Positions 19,501-28,139 are shown, counted from the stretch's first letter. The stretch: 35,711 nt of DNA from Candidatus Melainabacteria bacterium (GCA_016178265.1 JACOTS010000134.1:1-35711), one strand, 5' to 3'. The notes: generated from the sequence alone by a model not told the origin. Made by a program: numbers and translations.

Positions 19501-20739
19501 GCAAAAGGTGCTGATATGATGGGCGGAACAAAAGATCTTGTTATGCTTGCTCATGAAGCATCTAAGAAAGATGCTAAAGCACCTGTCATTCGTACAGTTA
19601 TGCATGCTCTATTTTCAAATGGAAAAGGAGTGGATGAGATAAAAGCTCTTGGATTTCCAGCTGACGTTGCTGACAATGCATGCGCAATGTATAAGATGGT
19701 AAATGAACAAGAGTACTGGCTTGGCAAAAAAGAAGACAGGAAATTTACAGGTGAAGGAGTAGAAGTAGCAATAGTTGACGGTGGCTATGTATATCCTCTA
19801 GATATTAAAGGTTTTGAAGGACTAAAAGAACGTATTGTATATCCTGAAAAACTAGTTACATGGTCAGACCTTACAACTTGGCTTGACTTACATCCTACAA
19901 TGGTAGCTTCTACTTTGCATAAAGCTGCACCAGCAAGTGCAAGTGATAAGATTCACTCTTATAGCTTCATGGCAAGTATTCCTGAAACACCGTTTAGACC
20001 ATGGGGTACTCAGGATTCAGCGTTGTATGCGCTTGAAGATATTGCACAAAATAAAATAGCAGGCGAGTCGAATGTCGAGCTCATTAACTATTCATGGGGA
20101 TATATTAACTTTATCCTTGCGAATGAAAAAATGAGATCTGACTTTATTGATATTGCTTCTGCATACATGGAAACGTTAAGTAAAATAAACACCATGCATA
20201 CAGTTGCTGCAGGAAATGAGCATGGAGCATTCCCAGCATTTGTAAGATATGGTTCAGTTGGTGAGTTAAATGTGCTTGGGCTTAGAATGGACAGCAACAA
20301 TAAATTCACAAAGCCTGATGGTGTGTTTTATGCATCAGCTATGGATAAGTATGCAGACAGGCTTGCTGAGTTTACATCTAAGCAAGATCCACTTCGAGCA
20401 GCAGAAGCAATAACAATGCTTAGCTTCCAAGGTGTTCATGTACTAGTTCCTTATCCTCTTGACGGAGCTTGGGATGTACAACCTGTAAATGGAACTTCAT
20501 TTGCAGCACCTAATAACGAAGCAGTGCTTGCATGGGGTCTTAGTGCTCGAAAGAAACTAGGGCTTCCTGAACTCTCAGCTTCTGATTGGGAAACACTCCT
20601 TCAAAGGTCAAACAAACACTTTCCACAAAGGGAAAATTGGGAAGGTGGGAAATACTTTGATGCTACCCAATTTATGAAAGATGCAACAACCTTTAAAGCT
20701 GATGTTAAACAACCAGCGGTTGCAGAGGCTAATAAATAG
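16504..20739 (+). CDS. large exported protein with C-terminal S8 (subtilisin-like) peptidase domain
   Basis: VAIVDGG (Asp), LHPTMVAS (His), AAGNE (oxyanion Asn), GTSFAAP (Ser); helical N-terminal region; GGAGG RBS. Confidence 0.8.
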   Translation: MPSITSVNHTLGNGKGLVTQNDVTSEDKVRGSSKQSNKGLSRATSFVAKAVASLALLMPLIDASSVDAANNPEREKAVAKFGDDSWAALRDALKQDKLKDLPNARSLWNNIKAVLHVSDDTKIEAVDALRKELISTGIKNSNIPPEIVHEAIYTTSVVAQSINKDLAANNKKLAELDKKMAELATKSEGITKNGGQLSKEMTDEKAKFDSDKATLIAENKTLEGRLAKIIEPVVPFMGKIIVDVTKEGGKEERFLVRPSEVGRFYGGDDLFASGPSYEKVKVYNSNNFENLAAYTLAQAGEKGFFEKVGRELLTSGNDEARRDEFFNIFKYTGSDVTLPKDVTEKSKEWIYGRKQMEAFNKGDAAAAEPASSNTDIEFEIIEPDNAKDKAPVDKGVKDSQPVPPGSTVIVLPPGTEIGTAKKHPTPDVPRGASYGSIEELRKINEKLVKPLLPYPYSKSASDQDFIADNVLMLAKHGDELALPACAQWFAIKSYSEGSSGGGFFSSASPADMKMLEALSIMAQKDEVAFTVLERYIGSFPKQFERTFLYGTYALWDSPQKRAGAEMIKALNLHKDNAKNLVTALSNKETKLIWPEPMSDTDVEHVNKLRDAGRSVALMIMAFDDKAHNFTPYLRDIVKNDFAKDMERFVSMIGVALAKDKESVEPLLNIAIDETKPMGMRELALDAVLYIDRPDLIPAAIREKEAEGSPFTGAKLRHFFPNLIERTKPETETDFCAAIEGKNPFQARIKAQYDRWLTLENAAIESAKAKGGAPGTITDAQKLGAFIELRERELGGTGMALSGRAGDATFSSKYVKPMVNYLKDHRDIKKPLYWGIAYSMMDVLGKSNATEAAPLLRDMATYPEIYVQDNSRGQGFFGFFDVLFNNFEMSLIKANAIKNLGGVVDLKNPASDEAKVLHLVALKDSSLDYRWMAQKGQRELARRYDSAMAGLKPGDATFDELSKARAAHASEMVGQMQYHAEGREYETQMRLFDLREQFMLAKGADMMGGTKDLVMLAHEASKKDAKAPVIRTVMHALFSNGKGVDEIKALGFPADVADNACAMYKMVNEQEYWLGKKEDRKFTGEGVEVAIVDGGYVYPLDIKGFEGLKERIVYPEKLVTWSDLTTWLDLHPTMVASTLHKAAPASASDKIHSYSFMASIPETPFRPWGTQDSALYALEDIAQNKIAGESNVELINYSWGYINFILANEKMRSDFIDIASAYMETLSKINTMHTVAAGNEHGAFPAFVRYGSVGELNVLGLRMDSNNKFTKPDGVFYASAMDKYADRLAEFTSKQDPLRAAEAITMLSFQGVHVLVPYPLDGAWDVQPVNGTSFAAPNNEAVLAWGLSARKKLGLPELSASDWETLLQRSNKHFPQRENWEGGKYFDATQFMKDATTFKADVKQPAVAEANK

Positions 20740-20759
20740 CAGAAGACAAGCTGAACTTT

Positions 20760-20791
20760 AGGGTCAGGTTTAAGTTAAATCTGACCCTTTT
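20760..20791 (+). terminator. intrinsic terminator
   Basis: AGGGTCAGGTTTA-agt-TAAATCTGACCCT followed by Ts. Confidence 0.75.
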
Positions 20792-20861
20792 AATTATTTG
20801 TAGGGTTAACATTGGTTTCTAATATTTGTTTAGGGAATGCTTAATTTATAAGGGTGTTTCT

Positions 20862-21110
20862 ATGAAAGCTGTATTGTTGGCTTTAATTGTGTGCATGGGG
20901 CCTTACTCCTGTTCTTATGCTGCTACAGAGGACTCCTTAACAGGTTTTGTTAATAATTCTTTGCAAGGAATCACAGGAAGTGTAACATTTGAAAATACTG
21001 ATTCTGCAACAGAAGGAGCATACGAATATTTTCTTAATGATTATCATTATCTAGACAGTGATGTTAAGTTGGATCTAGATCCCGCTTCTACAGAGAATTA
21101 CCCAAAATAG
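20862..21110 (+). CDS. small secreted hypothetical protein
   Basis: MKAVLLALIVC..SYA signal-like N-terminus. Confidence 0.6.
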   Translation: MKAVLLALIVCMGPYSCSYAATEDSLTGFVNNSLQGITGSVTFENTDSATEGAYEYFLNDYHYLDSDVKLDLDPASTENYPK

Positions 21111-21111
21111 C

Positions 21112-21159
21112 TTATTTCTTCTTTCCAGTGATTATGGGTTCTGCTACGCTAGCTGGGAC
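21112..21159 (-). pseudogene. displaced duplicate of the fusA 3' end ([15 protein letters not shown])
   Basis: 48 bp encoding the same 15 aa plus stop as 21246-21293, with 8 third-position differences. Confidence 0.95.
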
Positions 21160-21248
21160 CTTGTTTTTATACCGCTCGCCTCGTGCGAACACTCGGCTCG
21201 CTTGTAAAGTCACGACGCATTTTGCCAAGTGAATTGGACAAAATGCTA
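21160..21248 (-). repeat. two-hairpin GA-tandem element, copy B (3' of fusA)
   Basis: minus strand TAGcattttgtccaattcacttggcaaaatgcgtcg...gcGAgccGAgtgttcgcacGAggcGAgcggtataaaaacaa. Confidence 0.9.
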
Positions 21249-23324
21249 TTTCTTTTTGCCAGTTATAATAGGCTCAGCTACGCTAGCTGGGACTTCTTCG
21301 TATGCGGCAAATTCCATAGTAAATGTCCCTTGACCTTTGGTTCTATTTCTTATGTCTGTTGCATATCCAAACATTTCAGATAAAGGCACCTTGCCGTTTA
21401 CTTTTGAAAGTCCTCTTTCTGTAGTCATTCCTTCAACACGTCCGCGCCTTGAAGAAACATCCCCAATCACATCACCCATAAACTCTTCCGGGACCTCAAT
21501 TTCAAGATTCATTACAGGTTCCAAAAGAGTTGGTTTTGCTTTCATAAAACCTTCTTTAAATGCCATAGAACCTGCAATCTGAAATGCCATATCTGAAGAA
21601 TCTACATCATGGAAACTTCCATCATGAAGTGTAATTCTAAGATCAATTACAGGATACCCTGCAAGCACCCCACCTGCCATAGCTTCTTTAACTCCTTTTT
21701 CAACCGCAGGAATATATTCTTTTGGAATAATACCACCTACAATTTTGTTTACAAACTCAAATCCTGAGCTTCTTTCAAGCGGTTCCACGTCAATAACAAC
21801 GTGACCATATTGACCACGACCGCCAGATTGCCTGATATATTTTCCTTCTTGAGTAACTCTGGCTTTGCAGGTTTCACGGTATGCAACTTGTGGTTTACCT
21901 ACATTAGCCTCCACTTTAAACTCTCTTAAGAGCCTATCTACAAGAATTTCAAGATGAAGTTCTCCCATTCCTGAAATAATTGTTTGCCCTGTTTCATGAT
22001 CCACATGCACTTTAAAGGTAGGATCTTCTTCTGCAAGTTTTTGAAGTGAAAGCCCAATTTTTTCTTGATCTGCCTTTGTTTTTGGTTCAATTGCAACCGA
22101 TATAACAGGATCAGGGATATGAAGAGACTCAAGAATAATTGGCTTTTTCTCATCGCAAAGAGTATCTCCTGTAGAGGTATCTTTTAAACCAACTACAGCA
22201 CAAATATCTCCTGCATATACTTCGTCTACTTCTTTTCTATCATCAGCCTGTAGTTTTACTATACGACTAATTCTTTCTTTTGCGTCCTTGCTTGCATTAT
22301 AAATATAGCTTCCTGCCTTCAGGCAACCGCTATATACCCTAATAAAGGTCAGTCTTCCAACAAAAGGATCTGTCATTATTTTAAATGCAAGTGCTGCAAA
22401 AGGTTCATTATCATCTGACTTACGTTGTATTTCAGATCCATCTTTTAAAATCCCTTTTATAGCTTCAACCTCAGTTGGGTTTGGCAAGTAATCTACTACT
22501 GCATCAAGAAGCTGTTGAACACCTTTATTTTTAAAAGCAGATCCACATGTAATTGGAATTATCTGTAATTTGCATACAGCATTGTGAAGTGCTTGCTTGA
22601 GCTCAGGAACAGGAATTTCTTTACCCTCTAAATATCTGCTCATTAAATCATCATTGGTTTCAACTATGGCTTCTACAAGTTTTTCTCTTAATTCTTTTGC
22701 TTTGTCCATAAGCTCAGTAGGAACATCAACCGTGTCAAATTTTCTTCCCATCTTATCGGTTTCATCGTAGATGTATGCTTCCATCTCAAGAAGGTTTACG
22801 ACACCTTTTAACTGATCTTCAGATCCTACCGGGATTTGAATTGGGTGTGCATTGACTTTAATTTCATTAATTACTTGACTTACAACCTTGAAAAAGTCGG
22901 CACCTGTTCTATCCAATTTGTTTACAAAAATAATCCTAGGTACTTTATATCTGTCAGCTTGTTTCCAAACAGTTTTTGTTTGAGGTTGTACCCCGCCTAC
23001 GCCGCAAAGAACAATTACAACGCCGTCAAGCACTCTCATAGAACGCTCAACTTCAATGGTAAAGTCAACGTGACCAGGGGTATCAATTAAGTTTATATAC
23101 TTATCTTTCCATGTGGTTGAAATAGCTGCAGCAGTTATGGTAATTCCTCTTTCTTTTTCTTGTGCCATCCAGTCTGTAACTGTAGTACCTTCATGGACCT
23201 CGCCAATCTTATGAACAAGTCCTGAGTAAAATAAAAACCTTTCTGTGGTTGTGGTCTTTCCTGCATCAATATGAGCAGCAATTCCCATGTTAATTGTTTT
23301 ATCTAATGGTATTTGACGTGGCAC
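21246..23324 (-). CDS. fusA: elongation factor G
   Basis: [26 protein letters not shown] and GMGELHL motifs; GTG start with AAGGAG RBS. Confidence 0.98.
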   Translation of the reverse strand: MPRQIPLDKTINMGIAAHIDAGKTTTTERFLFYSGLVHKIGEVHEGTTVTDWMAQEKERGITITAAAISTTWKDKYINLIDTPGHVDFTIEVERSMRVLDGVVIVLCGVGGVQPQTKTVWKQADRYKVPRIIFVNKLDRTGADFFKVVSQVINEIKVNAHPIQIPVGSEDQLKGVVNLLEMEAYIYDETDKMGRKFDTVDVPTELMDKAKELREKLVEAIVETNDDLMSRYLEGKEIPVPELKQALHNAVCKLQIIPITCGSAFKNKGVQQLLDAVVDYLPNPTEVEAIKGILKDGSEIQRKSDDNEPFAALAFKIMTDPFVGRLTFIRVYSGCLKAGSYIYNASKDAKERISRIVKLQADDRKEVDEVYAGDICAVVGLKDTSTGDTLCDEKKPIILESLHIPDPVISVAIEPKTKADQEKIGLSLQKLAEEDPTFKVHVDHETGQTIISGMGELHLEILVDRLLREFKVEANVGKPQVAYRETCKARVTQEGKYIRQSGGRGQYGHVVIDVEPLERSSGFEFVNKIVGGIIPKEYIPAVEKGVKEAMAGGVLAGYPVIDLRITLHDGSFHDVDSSDMAFQIAGSMAFKEGFMKAKPTLLEPVMNLEIEVPEEFMGDVIGDVSSRRGRVEGMTTERGLSKVNGKVPLSEMFGYATDIRNRTKGQGTFTMEFAAYEEVPASVAEPIITGKKK

Positions 23325-23337
23325 AATGATCTCCTTT

Positions 23338-23425
23338 TTGTTTTTATAACGCTCGTTTCGCGCGAACGCTCAACTTGCTTTTCCCCTTCGACGCTTTTTG
23401 CTGAGTAAATCAGACAAAAAGCTTA
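23338..23425 (-). repeat. two-hairpin GA-tandem element, copy C (5' of fusA)
   Basis: minus strand taagctttttgtctgatttactcagcaaaaagcgtcg...gcAAgttGAgcgttcgcgcGAaacGAgcgttataaaaacaa, followed by the RBS. Confidence 0.9.
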
Positions 23426-23515
23426 GCTTTATAATAGGATACGGTATAACCCAATAAGTTTCCAAGATATTTTAAATTCTTTTAACATTAGAGATAGCAA
23501 ATAGCATTTAACTAT

Positions 23516-24424
23516 GTGCTATACGATATTATTATAGAAGTGTTTTTTGACTTCTTACAACTGCTTTTGCACTATGGAATAACCATAATTCCTGCCTTTT
23601 TAGTAGCTCTTTTAATCTCAGCAATACTTGTAGAGTTTATACCAGAATGGGTTTATGAACGAATATTAGGGTCAAACCAATTTTTATTTATTTTGCTTGC
23701 AAGTTTTGTCGGAGCATTAATACCTATATGTACATGTGGGATGATCCCACTTGCTGGAAAATTGCATAAAAAAGGAGCTTCGTGGCTTATAGTAGTTGCA
23801 TTTTTAACAGCAGGCAATGCAAGTAGTATAACTTCATTAATTATGACCCTTGTAATGGGCACAGGAATTACATTTGGGAGGTTTGTTTTTGCAGTAATTT
23901 TTGGGCTTTTAGTTTCTTATATTTTTGTATTAATTTTTAAACCTAAAAGTTTGTTGTCAGAAAATGGTGGGCATTCTGATAATATAACAATTTCTAAAAA
24001 GGAAAAAATCACAAATGAGTTTGTAATCCTTGTAAAAAACTTTGGACCATGGGTGATTGCTGCTGTACTTATTGCAGCTTTTATCTCGCTCTTTTTGTCA
24101 TATGAATTTGTAGTTAGCTTTGCAGGGGTTGGAAATACTTTTGCCCCGTTTGTGTTTGGTGTAGTTGGGTTCCCTTTTTATTTTTGCGCAGGAGCAGATA
24201 TTCCAATTAGTAGTGCACTACTGGCAAAAGGTGCAGGGCTTGGAAGCATTTTATCCTTCATGACTGCCTCACCAGGGGTTAATCTTACAACTCTTCTTAT
24301 TTATCAAAAATGGCTTGGGCTTAAAAACTCTATTATTTATTTAATTATTTCTGTTTTGATTTGTGGAATACTTGGAATGAGAGTTAACTTTTTTATGCTT
24401 CCAATTTCGCCATATCCGTTTTAG
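23516..24424 (+). CDS. DUF318/ArsP family permease
   Basis: multiple TM helices; PICTCGMIP and YFCAGADIP motifs. Confidence 0.85.
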   Translation: MLYDIIIEVFFDFLQLLLHYGITIIPAFLVALLISAILVEFIPEWVYERILGSNQFLFILLASFVGALIPICTCGMIPLAGKLHKKGASWLIVVAFLTAGNASSITSLIMTLVMGTGITFGRFVFAVIFGLLVSYIFVLIFKPKSLLSENGGHSDNITISKKEKITNEFVILVKNFGPWVIAAVLIAAFISLFLSYEFVVSFAGVGNTFAPFVFGVVGFPFYFCAGADIPISSALLAKGAGLGSILSFMTASPGVNLTTLLIYQKWLGLKNSIIYLIISVLICGILGMRVNFFMLPISPYPF

Positions 24425-25143
24425 AGGGAGAACACGAGATCAAATGTTTTAATCTCTTTCTTTGCTCTTGTATTTATGTGCTTTTGCAGTAATTTAAGAG
24501 CTCCTCTTTTTGTTTCCATATCGCTATTTGTTTGTATAGTAGGTAAGCCAAGTATATCTAATATTCCATTGGAAATTGATATATGATCAATAGCAAGGCA
24601 TTCATCGCATAAAAGTCCACCAAGGATACTTGAGTAGGGGTAAGTATCCTTGCTTTTAACGATTTCCTTGCTACATGCTACACAGGTTTCAAGCTGTGGT
24701 TTTAGTCCATGAAGGGACAAAAATTGAATAATAAATCTTATAGCTACTGTTTCGGGGGATTTGCTTGTTTGCAATTCATCAAGCATTGAATAAAGAAGTT
24801 CAAAGATATGATTGCTTTCTTCTTCTTCTTCTTGTGCAAAATTGTTAACTATATCCAAAAATAAAATTCCGTAAAATAAAAGATTAGAGCTAGATCTTAG
24901 TTTTGGAAAAGTAGTTATTTGTTCAATGTCACAAAGAGTGTCTAAATTTTTCCCTTTGGCAAATTGAAAAAAAGAGCAATACAAGAGGTCTGTTCTACCA
25001 GAAAATTTCCCACTTGGCTTTTTAGCTCCTTTTGCAATACACCTTACTAAACCGTTTTCTTTGGTATATATGTTAAGTATTTTATCTGCTTCAGATAAGT
25101 TAAAACTTTTTAAGATAATGCCTTGATCATTGTATGAGGGCAT
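24421..25143 (-). CDS. recO: DNA repair protein RecO
   Basis: GIILKS..LSEADKIL, AKGAKK and CxxC...CxxC zinc motifs; ATG 25143 preferred over GTG 25173. Confidence 0.92.
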   Translation of the reverse strand: MPSYNDQGIILKSFNLSEADKILNIYTKENGLVRCIAKGAKKPSGKFSGRTDLLYCSFFQFAKGKNLDTLCDIEQITTFPKLRSSSNLLFYGILFLDIVNNFAQEEEEESNHIFELLYSMLDELQTSKSPETVAIRFIIQFLSLHGLKPQLETCVACSKEIVKSKDTYPYSSILGGLLCDECLAIDHISISNGILDILGLPTIQTNSDMETKRGALKLLQKHINTRAKKEIKTFDLVFSL

Positions 25144-25297
25144 GAATGTAAAGACCAAAAAAAATGCTATCACTTAGAATTTTAAGAGACTTTTACATAT
25201 TTTGCGTTAAAATATAAAGCTTTGATTAATTTAATTCCTAAATAGCCAATAAGTGATTGTAGGATGGTAAGTTGGTTATTATCTAGCTGAGATGGAG

Positions 25298-25335
25298 GAG
25301 CGAGTCGAGTGTTCGCACGAGACGAGCGATTATAA
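25298..25335 (+). repeat. GA-tandem element, copy D (hairpin 2 only, 5' of HTH gene)
   Basis: gagcGAgtcGAgtgttcgcacGAgacGAgcgattataa directly before the ATG. Confidence 0.85.
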
Positions 25336-25662
25336 ATGACAAGTGAAAGAGAAGTTGTTAGGCAAGATGTTCCTCAAGAAGTAGAAGCAGACTTAACTGA
25401 TGAGACAAGAGTTGCTCTAGCACTTTATTTAAAAGTATATTCTGAAGGAAAAGTTACCCCGCAAGGCATTATAGTGCCTGAGTTAAATATTCATAAGCTG
25501 GCACATGCTGCAGAAGTTCCAAACAGGCAAGTAAGCAAAACTTTTGAAAGACTTAGAGGAAAAGGATTTTTAGGAAACCTTCCTTCAGGGCATCTTGTTG
25601 TCAAAAACCTAGAAGAGTTTCAACAATGGTTAGTTAGCCAAGGCGCATCAATTGATGTGTAA
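25336..25662 (+). CDS. small winged-HTH (Crp-type) DNA-binding protein
   Basis: LNIHKLAHAAEVPNRQVSKTFERLRGKGFL..LVVKNLEE resembles a Crp C-terminal HTH. Confidence 0.65.
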   Translation: MTSEREVVRQDVPQEVEADLTDETRVALALYLKVYSEGKVTPQGIIVPELNIHKLAHAAEVPNRQVSKTFERLRGKGFLGNLPSGHLVVKNLEEFQQWLVSQGASIDV

Positions 25663-25745
25663 GCTTTTGTCCAACTTGTTTGGCAAAAGCGTCGAGGATC
25701 AAAGAAGCGAGTTGAGTGTTCGCACGAAACGAGCGGTATAAAAGT
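25660..25745 (+). repeat. two-hairpin GA-tandem element, copy E (3' of HTH gene)
   Basis: TAAgcttttgtccaacttgtttggcaaaagcgtcg...gcGAgttGAgtgttcgcacGAaacGAgcggtataa. Confidence 0.9.
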
Positions 25746-25804
25746 AGTTTCAACAATGGTTAGTTAGCCAAGGCGCATCAATTGACGTTTAAGCTTTTGT
25801 CCAA
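25746..25804 (+). pseudogene. duplicate of the HTH gene 3' end plus the start of another element copy
   Basis: 59-bp direct repeat of 25616-25674 with 2 synonymous differences. Confidence 0.93.
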
Positions 25805-25813
25805 ATTAAAAAA

Positions 25814-26038
25814 CTATTCTGCTGCTTCTTCTTCTCGAGGTACGCATGTACCGTAATCAGTACCTTCTTCTATTTCACATTCAAATTTATCAGGATTACA
25901 ACAAGGATCCCAACTAGGTGGATCTCCGCATACGCCTCCTTCAACAGCACAAGAGCAAAGCCCATTTTGAATTGGCAGTGCGGCCAGGCAAAAGGCAAGA
26001 GGTATAAGGACTATTAGTTTCTTTATAAAATTGTTCAT
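25814..26038 (-). CDS. small secreted Cys-rich (knottin-like) peptide
   Basis: signal peptide followed by C-X6-C-X8-CC-X6-C-X10-C. Confidence 0.7.
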   Translation of the reverse strand: MNNFIKKLIVLIPLAFCLAALPIQNGLCSCAVEGGVCGDPPSWDPCCNPDKFECEIEEGTDYGTCVPREEEAAE

Positions 26039-26197
26039 AAGTTTCCTACAGAGTTTTACAGCTAGTTATCTTATACCCACTGCCTGTGACGCAAAGCAAC
26101 AAAAATCCTAATATGAGTTATTTTTAACCTAAATTCCTCTATTTACAGTACCTGTTTAAATTGAAGTTAACATTGAATTCTAAGGGGAATCCCTATG

Positions 26198-27259
26198 TCA
26201 GGCTATGACAGAGGTATTGAAAAGTTCTTTTATTTCTTTTTTATAGTCCCCTTCAACTATCCCTTTTTCTGTGATTATGCCTTTAATATATTCTCTAGAG
26301 GTAATGTCAAAAGCAGGATTAAAAGCCTGTGTAGAAGGGTGGCATATTAATCCTTCATTAATTAGTGTTACTTCCTTTTCATCTCTATTTTCAATAGGAA
26401 TTTTGTCTCCTGTTTCAATACTTAAATCAAAAGTGGAAAGAGGTGCTGCTATATAAAATGGTATGTTGTTTTCTTTTGCAAGTACTGCAAGTTGGTAGGT
26501 ACCTATTTTATTTGCTGTATCACCGTTGCTTGCAATTCTATCTGCTCCAGCAATAACAATATCAATAAATCCTTTTTTCATAAGGTATCCGCAAGCAGTA
26601 TCTGAAATTAATGTGCAATTTATTCCATTTTCAATACACTCGAAAGTTGTTAATTTGGCCCCTTGTTGTCTGGGCCTGGTTTCGCTTGCAAAAACTTTTA
26701 TTGATGGATCATATTGATGTGCAGTTAAAATAATCCCAAAAGCTGTTCCAATGCCTCCGGTTGCAAGTGCCCCTGTATTGCAGATAGTAAGAATACCTGC
26801 TCCTTTTGGAATAACTTTAGAACCATATCTGCCTATATTTGCACACCTTTGCGCATCATCTTCATGAATCCAAATAGCACGTTTTTTTAAGGCAGTAATT
26901 ATTTCAAGTGTGTCATCTAACGAGGCAACTTCATGTAACATTAAATCTACTGCCCATCTCAAGTTAATTGCGGTTGGCCTTGCGTTTTTAATTTCCTCAC
27001 CAATTGCTTTAAGTTTATTGATTAACTTTTTACCTTCAAGTTTTTTGTATTCAAGTGCTGCAAGAAATATGCCATATGCAGCAGCAATTCCTATTAAAGG
27101 AGCACCCCTTACAGACATATTTTTAATTGCACGGGTAACTTCGGTATAAGACCTTGCTTTTATGTACTTTTTAGATAACGGTAATACTCTTTGATCAAGC
27201 AAAGATAATTCATCGTTTTCTAACTTAATAGGTTGAATCTTAGAATTTATCTTTTGCAT
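26198..27259 (-). CDS. mtnA: S-methyl-5-thioribose-1-phosphate isomerase
   Basis: LDQR, VRGAPLIG, RPTAINL, CNTGALAT, ETRP, GADRI and ANKIGTY motifs. Confidence 0.95.
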   Translation of the reverse strand: MQKINSKIQPIKLENDELSLLDQRVLPLSKKYIKARSYTEVTRAIKNMSVRGAPLIGIAAAYGIFLAALEYKKLEGKKLINKLKAIGEEIKNARPTAINLRWAVDLMLHEVASLDDTLEIITALKKRAIWIHEDDAQRCANIGRYGSKVIPKGAGILTICNTGALATGGIGTAFGIILTAHQYDPSIKVFASETRPRQQGAKLTTFECIENGINCTLISDTACGYLMKKGFIDIVIAGADRIASNGDTANKIGTYQLAVLAKENNIPFYIAAPLSTFDLSIETGDKIPIENRDEKEVTLINEGLICHPSTQAFNPAFDITSREYIKGIITEKGIVEGDYKKEIKELFNTSVIA

Positions 27260-27278
27260 AAGCAATATTTTAATGATA

Positions 27279-28139
27279 TCAGATTGAACTAAATTTTAAA
27301 TCAGAATAAATTATTTTGCTTATTTCTTTTATAAACTTTTGCCCGCTTAAATCGTTCCAAGGTCTTTTTACTATTATTGAGATCCCTATTCTTTTTTGAA
27401 ATGGCAAATAAATAATTCCTGCATCACCCACACAAGTGCCCACTGTTCCTGTTTTATGAGGGAAGGAGGTAAATTTACCAATACCTTGTTTAATTAATGC
27501 TTTATTTTTAACTTTTGTCAAAGTTCTTTTTAAGTATTTTCTGGAGTCGTTACTTAAAAGACTTCCTTCAAGGGATTTTTCAAATAATGCAACTAAATCT
27601 CGCGGACTTATTTTATTTTGACTTTTACTGAAGCTACCGATAGGCTCAATAAGAGCGGTATTTTTTAGTCCTAGTTTTGAAATCTTTTCATTGCACGATT
27701 TTGGACCGCCTAAAAAATCAATAATCATATTTGTTGCTGTATTATCACTGATTGTAAGCATCTGTTCAAAGGCTTGCCTAAGCGAGATCTTTGTTCCTGC
27801 TTTGGCATTTTTCAGGGATCCCGTTCCACTAACTTTGTGCTTATTTAATAGAGTTAAATTCTCATCAAATGAAATTTTTCCTTTGTCGATCTCTTGTAAA
27901 AGAACTACTGCAATTGGTATTTTTATTAAACTTGCTGCAGGAAAAGTCGTATCTCCGTTTATATTAATTTCAGACTGTGTCCAGCTTGGTTTAACATATA
28001 TGCCACAAAATAACTGTGGATATTGTCTCATCTTTGCATTTATTTTTGAAAGTAAAGAAGTAGTTGAGCCTATGTTTTTTGAAATTACTTTTGGGGAATA
28101 GATAAAAAAGGAGAAAAATACTAGAATAGTATAAAGCAT
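27279..28139 (-). CDS. class A beta-lactamase-like serine hydrolase (PBP-A-like)
   Basis: AASLIK (SxxK), SDN and HKTG motifs; signal-like N-terminus from ATG 28139. Confidence 0.85.
   Translation of the reverse strand: MLYTILVFFSFFIYSPKVISKNIGSTTSLLSKINAKMRQYPQLFCGIYVKPSWTQSEININGDTTFPAASLIKIPIAVVLLQEIDKGKISFDENLTLLNKHKVSGTGSLKNAKAGTKISLRQAFEQMLTISDNTATNMIIDFLGGPKSCNEKISKLGLKNTALIEPIGSFSKSQNKISPRDLVALFEKSLEGSLLSNDSRKYLKRTLTKVKNKALIKQGIGKFTSFPHKTGTVGTCVGDAGIIYLPFQKRIGISIIVKRPWNDLSGQKFIKEISKIIYSDLKFSSI

Noticed and set aside
21160-21245. Self-splicing intron or self-cleaving ribozyme
   Set aside because: I see no group I/II core or hammerhead consensus, and no copy interrupts a reading frame.
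21112-21293. DGR template/variable repeat pair
   Set aside because: The differences are not confined to adenines (e.g. CCT/CCC), all are synonymous, and there is no reverse transcriptase in the window.
21183-21383. 66-aa plus-strand ORF over element B
   Set aside because: It is antisense to fusA and the repeat, with no RBS or motif.
25616-25804. CRISPR array
   Set aside because: There are only two units, the repeat is coding sequence, the spacer is itself a repeat family, and there are no cas genes.
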